Source of the DNA: Candidatus Latescibacterota bacterium
GTDB lineage: Bacteria > Latescibacterota > UBA2968 > UBA8231
Reading direction: 5' to 3'
Assembly: GCA_965217585.1 (NCBI GenBank)
Contig: OZ244561.1
Span: 3,104,001 to 3,168,000, forward strand
Length of the DNA stretch: 64,000 nt
A program made the position numbers and the translations under genes. Below the pieces are notes generated by a model, which saw only the letters and a list, made by a program, of their open reading frames with translations, had not been told where the DNA came from and did no database searches. This document shows positions 56,610 to 64,000 of the stretch, in pieces; position 1 is the first letter of the stretch, and the number at the start of each line of letters is the position of its first letter.

Positions 56610-56939
56610 TCAAACCTCCCGTCGCTTGCGTCGCTTATATTCCCGCCAGAATTCTCGGGCGGTCTCAATATCTTGTTGCTGGGACCTCTTGGTTCCACCG
56701 CCCAAGAGGATGACCAGGGTATCGCCTTCCTTGCCGAAGTAGACCCGGTAGCCAGGACCAAAGTCTATCCGGCATTCGAGGACACCGCCACCCACGCCCT
56801 TAGCGTTGGAAAGATTTCCTTGCTCCATCCGGATCAGCGCCATCGCTACTTTGGCCGCGGCTTGAGCGTTGAGTCGATTGAACCATCTAGCGTAGGGGCT
56901 ACGTCCTTTGGGGTCGATGTATTCCCTGATCTCGGTCAT
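56610..56939 (-). CDS. RelE/ParE family addiction-module toxin
   Basis: G.SPY..WF..L, GNLS..K.VG.GV.E.RIDFGPGYRVYFG, LL.GG.K..Q..DI..A. Confidence 0.92.
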   Translation of the reverse strand: MTEIREYIDPKGRSPYARWFNRLNAQAAAKVAMALIRMEQGNLSNAKGVGGGVLECRIDFGPGYRVYFGKEGDTLVILLGGGTKRSQQQDIETAREFWREYKRRKRREV

Positions 56940-57019
56940 CGACAATAGGTAACGGATATGGCACCATTTGGCAAGCCCTGTCCTCGACCTACCGGAACCT
57001 TATGCGGAGGTGCTTCTGT

Positions 57020-58009
57020 TCACGCCTTCTCGCCGCGCACAAATTGCTCCAACGTGGCCACGTCGTCTCTGCTGCCGATGAATAGCGGCGTCCGTTGGTG
57101 TAGCTCGGTCGCTTGCAAGTCCATAATGGGCTGGGTTCCGTTGGAGGCTGCGCCGCCGGCTTGTTCGACGACAAAGGCCAAGGGCGCGGCTTCGTACAAG
57201 AGGCGCAGCTTGCCGTTGGGCGACTTGCTGTCGCTGGGGTAGAGGAAGATGCCGCCCTTGAGCAGATTGCGGTGGAAGTCGGCCACGAGCGAGCCGATGT
57301 AGCGCGCCGAGTAGGATTGCGGACCTTCTTTGAGCTGATCGACGTAGCGGCGCACCGGCGCATCCCACCTGGGATAATTGCCCTCGTTGGCGCTGTAGTA
57401 CTGACCTTTCCTGGGGATTTCGATGTGCTCGTTGGAAAGCAGAAATTCGCCGAGGCTTGGGTCGAGGGTGAAGCCGTGGCTGCCGCGGCCGGTGGTATAG
57501 ACCAGCATAGTGCTGGAGCCGTAGATGATGTAGCCGGCGCAGACTTGCTCGTGGCCGCAGCGGAGAAAATCTGCGCGGGTTACGCTGCCGGTGCTTTTCT
57601 TGCGGTAGATGGAGAAGATGGTGCCGATGGAGACGTTCACGTCTATATTGGACGAGCCGTCAACCGGATCGAAGACGAGGATGTAGTTGCCGCGCGGGTG
57701 TCTTTCCGGGATAGGATAAATGTCGTCCATCTCTTCGGAAGCCATGCCGGCCAGCCGCCCGGTGTGGTCGGTGGTGCTGATGATGAGCGCATTGGCGAAC
57801 TCGTCGAGTTTTTGCACCTCTTCGCCGTGGACGTTGGTGCGGCCGGTCAGGCCCATTACTTCGGCGAGACCGGCCTTGTTGACGTCGCGGGCGATGATTT
57901 TGGCGGCAATGCTCAGGTCGGTGAGCAGGCCGGTGAATTCGCCGGTGGCCTCGGGGTGCTGCCGCTCTTCTTCGATGATGAAGCGAGTGAGGGTGGTGCC
58001 GATTTGCAT
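57020..58009 (-). CDS. fbp: Class 1 fructose-1,6-bisphosphatase
   Basis: [43 protein letters not shown]; start at MQIGTTL. Confidence 0.97.
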   Translation of the reverse strand: MQIGTTLTRFIIEEERQHPEATGEFTGLLTDLSIAAKIIARDVNKAGLAEVMGLTGRTNVHGEEVQKLDEFANALIISTTDHTGRLAGMASEEMDDIYPIPERHPRGNYILVFDPVDGSSNIDVNVSIGTIFSIYRKKSTGSVTRADFLRCGHEQVCAGYIIYGSSTMLVYTTGRGSHGFTLDPSLGEFLLSNEHIEIPRKGQYYSANEGNYPRWDAPVRRYVDQLKEGPQSYSARYIGSLVADFHRNLLKGGIFLYPSDSKSPNGKLRLLYEAAPLAFVVEQAGGAASNGTQPIMDLQATELHQRTPLFIGSRDDVATLEQFVRGEKA

Positions 58010-58123
58010 GAGGGGCCTTGCATCAATTGAGGGTGTTTGACATGGGATAGGATAAAACAATAAAATCCCGTCTCTTCTGTCCATTCATTAAATTCGCAAC
58101 GCTACTGAGGAGAACGAGAGACA

Positions 58124-58942
58124 ATGATCAAATTGGCGACTATGAGCAGCGCGTGTCCAGACTGGACCTTGGACGAGGTCGTCGCCGGTATGAAGCGGCA
58201 CGGCTATCAGGGGTTTGAGCCGCGCGTCGAATGGGATCATGCCTGCGGCATTGAGGCTGCGCTTGCGGCCGCAGAGCGGCGAGAAATTCGCCGGCGGATG
58301 GAGGACGAGGGGCTGGAAATTTGTTGTATTGCTACGGGTGCGCGGATGGCTGCGCCCGACGCGGCAGAGCAGGCCGGGCACGTGGAGAACGTGAAAAAGT
58401 ACATTGACTTGGCGGCTGATTTGGGCTGTGGCTTGGTGCGGGTTTTCGGCGGCCAGCGCGACCGGAGCCGCGAGTGGACTGCGGTTGTCGATTACGTGGT
58501 GGAGGGTTTTGCGCAGGTATTGCCCGCAGCGGCTGGACGCGGTGTGACGTTGCTGCTGGAGACGCATGACGATTGGTGCTGCTCGGCCCCGGTACGCGCG
58601 GTTGTCGAGCGGGCCGGGCACCCGAGTTTGCAGGTACTGTGGGACTTTATGCACACGCAGCGGATGCTGGAAGAGCCAGCCGAGAGCTTCCGGCTGCTGG
58701 GCGCGCACACGCGCCACATTCATGCCCACGACGGGATGATTGTCGATGGCAGGGTGCAGGTCAGCGATGTGCTGGGCACGGGTGTCTTCGATCACGCCGA
58801 GCCGCTGCGTTTACTCGCTGAGGCTGGATTTGCTGGGTATTGCTCGGTGGAAGTGATCTACAAGCGAGGCAGCGGAGATCGGGCCGATGCGGTGCTTGGG
58901 CAATATGCCGAGGGGCTGCGGGGGATTGTGGCTGGTTTTTGA
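58124..58942 (+). CDS. Sugar phosphate isomerase/epimerase (xylose isomerase-like TIM barrel)
   Basis: GYQGFE, VRVFGG, LLETHD, LWD..H, HIHAHD, GYCSVE. Confidence 0.88.
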   Translation: MIKLATMSSACPDWTLDEVVAGMKRHGYQGFEPRVEWDHACGIEAALAAAERREIRRRMEDEGLEICCIATGARMAAPDAAEQAGHVENVKKYIDLAADLGCGLVRVFGGQRDRSREWTAVVDYVVEGFAQVLPAAAGRGVTLLLETHDDWCCSAPVRAVVERAGHPSLQVLWDFMHTQRMLEEPAESFRLLGAHTRHIHAHDGMIVDGRVQVSDVLGTGVFDHAEPLRLLAEAGFAGYCSVEVIYKRGSGDRADAVLGQYAEGLRGIVAGF

Positions 58943-59030
58943 GTGGCCAACGGTTAGTAAGTCCCTATCTTAAAGCCGCTTTTGCGGGCGAGACGCTCGC
59001 GTCCCCAAACGACAAAACGGAGCGCAATAC

Positions 59031-60368
59031 ATGGATAGCGCGCAAAGCAGCATCCGCGAGGCCCCGACTCATTTTGGTGGCTTCTTACGCAATATCGGCC
59101 CCGGCGTCGTTGTCTCTGGGTCGGTGGTTGGCTCAGGCGAGTTGTTGGTGACGACGCGGATGGGAGCCGAGGTCGGCTTTGTCTTCCTCTGGGGCGTGAT
59201 CTTGGCCTGTTTGGTCAAATTTGTGATTCAGCTCGAATTGGGCCGACAGTGCCTGTTGCGCAAGAGCAGTACCGTGCAGATCCTCGACCAAGTGCCGGGC
59301 ACGCGCTGGCGCGACACTTCGTGGATCGCGTGGCTGTGCGTGGTAGGCTACTTCTCGGTGACGGTGGCCGTCATCGGCATCTTGGGGTCGGTGGCGGGGC
59401 TGATGGTCGCGGTGTTCCCCTTTGCGTCCGAACAGATATGGGCGGTAGCAGTATTTCTCGCCATGTCGGTTTTGCTCTGGCGGGGGCTATACGGCGACTT
59501 GGAGAAAATGGTCTCTGTGCTGGTGGCGACCTTCAGCTTGGTCGTCGTCGGATCGGTGCTCGCACTGCAAGGCACCAGCTACGCAATCGGCAGCGCGCAA
59601 ATCGCCTCGGGCTTCCGCTTTGCCATGCCAGCCGAAGGCGCGTTTGTGGCCCTTGCGGTGATGGGATCGGTGGGCGCAACCGCAGTCGAGCTTTTCATGT
59701 ATCCCTATTGGATCGTGGAAAAAGGCTACCCGGATTTTGTCGGACCAAAAGACGATAGCCCCGAATGGCAGGCGCGCTACCGGGGCTGGATGCGGGTCTT
59801 GGTCACAGATGCGGGCGTGTGTACGGGCATTGCGCTGGTGGTCACGTGCGCGTATTACCTGCTGGGCGCGTCGGTGCTCAATCAGCTACAAGTCCTGCCC
59901 GAAGGCATGAAGGTCGTCGAGCAAGTCTCGCTAATTTTCACCGAGAGCCTCGGCGGCGGGGCGTATTATCTCTTTATGTTCGGGGGATTTTGCACGCTTT
60001 TTTCCACGCTGCTGGTCTTCGCTGCTTCTTCGGGGCGGATCGGTGCCGACTTTCTGCGACAACTAGGGGTGAGCGCGCTCGCCGAAGAAGAGGGCTACCG
60101 CCGCTGGATTCGCATTTTCCAGATCGGCTTCCCGTTTGGCTGGCTGCTTTTCATATTGTTCGACCCGCGCACCCTCGACTTTGTGCTCAAAGGTGCCAAC
60201 GCTAACAATCTGTTGCTGATCCCGATGGCCTACGCGGTGCTGCATCTGGCGATGCGGGTGCCCAAAGACGAGCGGATGTCGCTGTGGACCGAGTTGGCAC
60301 TGCTGTTTACGATCTGGGCCATCATCAACTTTACGGCGGTCAATTTGTTTAAGCTGTCCGGGCACTAG
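59031..60368 (+). CDS. Nramp-like (APC superfamily) transporter
   Basis: IGPG.V......GSGEL, G..FLW, ELGR, YPYW..EKG, TLFSTLL; about 11 TM segments. Confidence 0.8.
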   Translation: MDSAQSSIREAPTHFGGFLRNIGPGVVVSGSVVGSGELLVTTRMGAEVGFVFLWGVILACLVKFVIQLELGRQCLLRKSSTVQILDQVPGTRWRDTSWIAWLCVVGYFSVTVAVIGILGSVAGLMVAVFPFASEQIWAVAVFLAMSVLLWRGLYGDLEKMVSVLVATFSLVVVGSVLALQGTSYAIGSAQIASGFRFAMPAEGAFVALAVMGSVGATAVELFMYPYWIVEKGYPDFVGPKDDSPEWQARYRGWMRVLVTDAGVCTGIALVVTCAYYLLGASVLNQLQVLPEGMKVVEQVSLIFTESLGGGAYYLFMFGGFCTLFSTLLVFAASSGRIGADFLRQLGVSALAEEEGYRRWIRIFQIGFPFGWLLFILFDPRTLDFVLKGANANNLLLIPMAYAVLHLAMRVPKDERMSLWTELALLFTIWAIINFTAVNLFKLSGH

Positions 60369-60383
60369 CGGCTTTCTTTCAAT

Positions 60384-63300
60384 ATGACCGGCCAGCTATT
60401 CACTCACTATTTCCTCACCGACGGCATAAAGACCACGCCCGAGTGGCAAGCGTCTGTTGACCAGCCGGAAGCGTTTGCTGCGTTTAGGAACGGCGTTGCT
60501 CGACATCACAGCGCCCTCAGCCGTTCCCGAAATCCCAACGAAGCTCGCACGGAGGAAGAGCTGATTCGTCCGGTTCTGGAGCTATTGGGATGGACCGAGT
60601 ACGTGCCTCAGCCAAGCGCCGCCGGCCATGAGGACATTCCCGACCACCTGCTTTTTGCCGACGCCGAATCCAAGGCGCGGGCCGGGAATCCCTTCCAGAA
60701 CGCGACAGTAGTTGAAGAGAGTAAGCGCTTTGAGCTTGCGCTCGACAGTCGGGACCGGAATGATCGGGCGCAACGTGGGACGCCGCACGGTCAGATTCTT
60801 CGATATTTGGCGACGGCTGAGATCGAGTCGGAGGGGCACATTCGCTGGGGCATCCTCACCAATGGCAGTGTATGGCGGCTGTACGACTACCGCGCTCGAC
60901 CGCGTGCTAGCGGCTACTTTGAAGCCGACTTGACAGAACTGCTCCAGCCCGGCAACGAGGATGGTTTGCGCGTCTTTCATCTGCTGTTCCGCCGCGAGTC
61001 CTTCACGCTTCGGGACGGGGCCACGAGTACGTTTCTCGAAGAGGCGCTGGCTGAGGGTCGGCGCTATGAGGAACAGGTCGCACAAGACCTGTCGGGGGTG
61101 GTGTTCGAGCGGGTGTTTCCCAACCTCGTCAATGCGCTTGTGCAGAAGTCGGAGGAAAGCCTCGCCGAGAGTCGGGATGCGGCGTTGATCTTTCTCTATC
61201 GGCTGCTGTTTGTGCTCTACGCCGAGGATCGAGGTCTGCTGCCTGTTAATGATGAGCGATACGACGACTATGGTTTGCGAAAGCCTGTCCGCGACGAGAT
61301 TGCGAGCAGAATGGCGGCTGACGACACGTATTCGGCGATTGCTACCAATTATTACGACCACCTGACAACGTTGTTCAAGCTCATCGACAAGGGCGACGAG
61401 TCCATTGGTTTGCCACCGTATAACGGTGGGCTGTTCGCGGCGGAAGCTGCTCCATTGTTAGAAACGGTCCGTCTGGCCGACAAAGACATCGCGCCGATCA
61501 TCTACGACCTGAGCCACGCCGAGGATTTGCAGGGCGTGCACCACTTTGTCAACTACCGCGACATGTCGGTGCAGCAGCTTGGCTCGATCTACGAGCGGCT
61601 GCTGGAGCACGAGCCGGTGCGCGATGACGACGGCAACATTTCTATCCGTCCCAATCCGTATGCCCGCAAGGACAGCGGCAGTTTTTATACCTCTCAGGAA
61701 CTCGTCGATCTGATTGTCGAACGGACTTTGAAGCCGCTGGCCGAAGAGCGGCTACAAGCCTTTGAGGACAAGGCCGCCGAACTTAAGAGCGACCGTCGAT
61801 CCAAGCAGGAACGGCGAGAGGAACTTGAGCAGCTTGATCCGGCAGCGGCTGTGTTGGACCTCAAAGTTTTGGACCCGGCGATGGGCAGCGGGCACTTCCT
61901 CGTCACGGCGGTGGATTTTCTGTCGGACTACATCGCCGAGTTAATTGAGCGCGTCCCCTCGGTTCCGGAGTGGTTGGACGGCGAGTATGCGTCGCCGCTG
62001 GTGGGGCGCGTGGCGGCGATTCGGGATGACATTCGCAAACGGGCTAAAGAATCAAACTGGGTTTTGGCCGAGGCGCAGCTTACCGACCAAGCCATTATTC
62101 GTCGCATGGTGCTCAAGCGCTGCATTTACGGGGTGGATAAGAATCGGCTGACGGTCGAGTTGGCTAAGGTGTCGCTGTGGCTGCACAGTTTTACGGTGGG
62201 TGCGCCGTTGTCTTTTCTCGATCATCATCTGCGTTGCGGCGACTCGCTGGTTGGTCTGCGGGTGCGGGACGCTACGGATGAGTTGCACCGGCTCGGCGGG
62301 ATGTTTGCCAGTAGCGCCATTGCCGGGGCGGAGACGGCCACTGACGGGATGCAGCGGATTGAGGAGATGTCCGACGCCGACGTTGCGGAGGTGCAGGAAT
62401 CGGCGGTGCTGTTTGACGGAGTGGAGGAGACGACTGCTGACCTGCGCGGCTTGCTCGACTTTCTGTGCGGCTGGCGTTGGCTGACGGCTGGGATGAAAAA
62501 GAAAGAACGCGATGAATTTGAGGGGCCGTTGGTTACGACGCTCGGTCAGCATACGGCGGATGCTTACGAGCTTTTGGCGCGAGGGCCGGAGGAAATGGGC
62601 GTTGCCGACGACACGCGGTTTGCCGAGTTGTGGCGTGAGGCTCGAACCATTGCCAACCGCGAGGGCTTTCTGCATTGGGAAGTGGCCTTTCCGGGAGTGT
62701 GGCATCGGTGGCAGGAAAGTCGTCCGCAAGGCGGCTTTGACGCGGTTATTGGCAACCCGCCGTGGGACCAGATTGAACAGCCGGAAGTGGAATGGTTCGC
62801 AATCCGCGACGAAGAGATAGCCCACGCAGCAACTGGAGCCAAGCGAAAGTCACTGATAAAAAAGAAAAAAGAGGCAGGCGATAAACTCGTCTTGGAGTAC
62901 GAAACGGTGCGGAACCAAGCTACGGCGATGCGCGAGTTCATTCGATCATCGGATGAGTATCCGCTTCTAAGTGGCGGTCGCATCAATCTGTACTCGCTGT
63001 TCGTTGAGCGGGCCATGAGTCTGATTAAGCCGGATGGCTTTGTCGGCCTGCTGACACCGTCGGGTATTTGTGCCGACAAGACTGCGGCTCGATTCTTCAA
63101 GTCCGTTTCGACCAGTGGACGGGTGAGTGGCCTATTCGATTTTGAGAACAAGAGAATTTTCTTCAAGGACATCCATGCTTCGTTCAAATTCTGCGCCCTC
63201 ATCTTTGGCGGCGAGGAGCGACGATTCGACCAGACTGAATGCGCGTTCTTCCTGCATGATACGAAAACGATCAACGACGAGGACCGCTGCTTTCCATTGA

Positions 63301-64000
63301 CGCCGGACGACTTCGCCCGCGTAAATCCGAATACCGGCACGGCACCCGTCTTTCGCACCCGCCGTGACGCCGACATCACTCGTGGAATCTACGAGCGGCA
63401 TCCGGTTATGGTGGATAGCTCAGGGAGTAAGAAACGCCGCGCTTGGCGAGTGCAGTTCATGCAGGGACTGTTTAACATGACCTCCGACTCCCACCTCTTT
63501 CGCACCGCCGCGCAACTCGATGAGGAAGGTTTCTATCCTATCGAGGGCAACCGCTGGAAACGGGGCGAGGAACTGTATTTACCGCTATATGAAGGGAAGA
63601 TGGTGCAGGCATTTGACCATCGTGCCGCTAGCATCACCAACCGAGAAGGCAACTTATTCCGACCGGGGCAACCGGACAGAACCCTTGACGAAGAATACCT
63701 CGATCCGGCTTTCTCACCTCGTCCTCGATATTGGGTTAGCCAGCAGGAGAGTGATGTTGTCCAGAGTTTGCAATGGCTCTTGTCGTTCAAAGACATTACG
63801 GCGTCAACCAATGTCCGCACCATGATCGCCGCTGTCGTTCCGCAAGTTGGATGCGGGCACACATTGCCAGTCCTCATTCCGGCCAAATGCGACTTCGATG
63901 GCGAGAGCGCAGCCTGCCTGCTGGCCAATCTCAACAGCTTCTGTTTTGATTACGTTGCGCGTCAGAAGGTTCAGGCGACCCACCTCATGTGGTACATCGT
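60384..64000 (+). CDS. Type IIG (Eco57I-like) fused restriction endonuclease/N6-adenine methyltransferase, 3'-partial
   Basis: Hand translation, absent from the ORF track because it has no stop in the window: PD...EESK nuclease, ILTNG..WRLY, RKDSGSFYT, LDPAMGSGHFL (motif I, 61872), IGNPPW (motif IV, 62751), all in one frame to the edge. Confidence 0.92.
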   Translation, partial: MTGQLFTHYFLTDGIKTTPEWQASVDQPEAFAAFRNGVARHHSALSRSRNPNEARTEEELIRPVLELLGWTEYVPQPSAAGHEDIPDHLLFADAESKARAGNPFQNATVVEESKRFELALDSRDRNDRAQRGTPHGQILRYLATAEIESEGHIRWGILTNGSVWRLYDYRARPRASGYFEADLTELLQPGNEDGLRVFHLLFRRESFTLRDGATSTFLEEALAEGRRYEEQVAQDLSGVVFERVFPNLVNALVQKSEESLAESRDAALIFLYRLLFVLYAEDRGLLPVNDERYDDYGLRKPVRDEIASRMAADDTYSAIATNYYDHLTTLFKLIDKGDESIGLPPYNGGLFAAEAAPLLETVRLADKDIAPIIYDLSHAEDLQGVHHFVNYRDMSVQQLGSIYERLLEHEPVRDDDGNISIRPNPYARKDSGSFYTSQELVDLIVERTLKPLAEERLQAFEDKAAELKSDRRSKQERREELEQLDPAAAVLDLKVLDPAMGSGHFLVTAVDFLSDYIAELIERVPSVPEWLDGEYASPLVGRVAAIRDDIRKRAKESNWVLAEAQLTDQAIIRRMVLKRCIYGVDKNRLTVELAKVSLWLHSFTVGAPLSFLDHHLRCGDSLVGLRVRDATDELHRLGGMFASSAIAGAETATDGMQRIEEMSDADVAEVQESAVLFDGVEETTADLRGLLDFLCGWRWLTAGMKKKERDEFEGPLVTTLGQHTADAYELLARGPEEMGVADDTRFAELWREARTIANREGFLHWEVAFPGVWHRWQESRPQGGFDAVIGNPPWDQIEQPEVEWFAIRDEEIAHAATGAKRKSLIKKKKEAGDKLVLEYETVRNQATAMREFIRSSDEYPLLSGGRINLYSLFVERAMSLIKPDGFVGLLTPSGICADKTAARFFKSVSTSGRVSGLFDFENKRIFFKDIHASFKFCALIFGGEERRFDQTECAFFLHDTKTINDEDRCFPLTPDDFARVNPNTGTAPVFRTRRDADITRGIYERHPVMVDSSGSKKRRAWRVQFMQGLFNMTSDSHLFRTAAQLDEEGFYPIEGNRWKRGEELYLPLYEGKMVQAFDHRAASITNREGNLFRPGQPDRTLDEEYLDPAFSPRPRYWVSQQESDVVQSLQWLLSFKDITASTNVRTMIAAVVPQVGCGHTLPVLIPAKCDFDGESAACLLANLNSFCFDYVARQKVQATHLMWYI

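Noticed and set aside
58984-59006. REP-like palindrome gcgggcg-aga-cgctcgc (and GC-rich palindromes near 2500-2535)
   Set aside because: Single imperfect copies, not repeated within the window, and no RAYT transposase.
60582-63934. Several minus-strand ORFs of 130-270 aa
   Set aside because: Antisense shadows of the RM gene with no recognisable motifs.

Overview
GC-rich bacterial chromosomal window with about 62 protein genes. I found no rRNA, tRNA, CRISPR array or transposase. Housekeeping and central metabolism genes include mnmA, ahcY, pckA, fbp, infA, yciH, yhbY, comEC and a class I lysyl-tRNA synthetase. They are interleaved with many catabolic enzymes (three PhyH-family dioxygenases, two enolase-superfamily dehydratases, SDR, Gfo/Idh/MocA, FAH, rhamnose mutarotase, a clan-A glycoside hydrolase, a 2-oxoacid dehydrogenase E1a/E1b/E2 set), an ECF sigma/anti-sigma unit, a DtxR-regulated Mn/Zn ABC operon, three type II toxin-antitoxin pairs and a partial type IIG restriction-modification gene at the right edge. 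The standout is an 11-gene bacterial microcompartment (BMC) operon at 34699-43409. It has the metabolosome core (acylating aldehyde dehydrogenase, PduL, vertex protein), but its candidate aldehyde-generating enzymes are two DHDPS/NAL-family Schiff-base enzymes plus a DAO-family flavoenzyme. Its shell includes a four-domain BMC protein coupled to a two-domain BMC protein (2+4 = 6 different domains), and it carries a Cys-rich putative adaptor. Other oddities are an E2 lacking its catalytic His, a LysRS lacking the KMSKS lysines, a peptidase-AAC(3) fusion, two permease-DtxR fusions, a long structured non-coding region and two recombination-scar direct repeats. All calls come from reading motifs by eye; no database searches were run.
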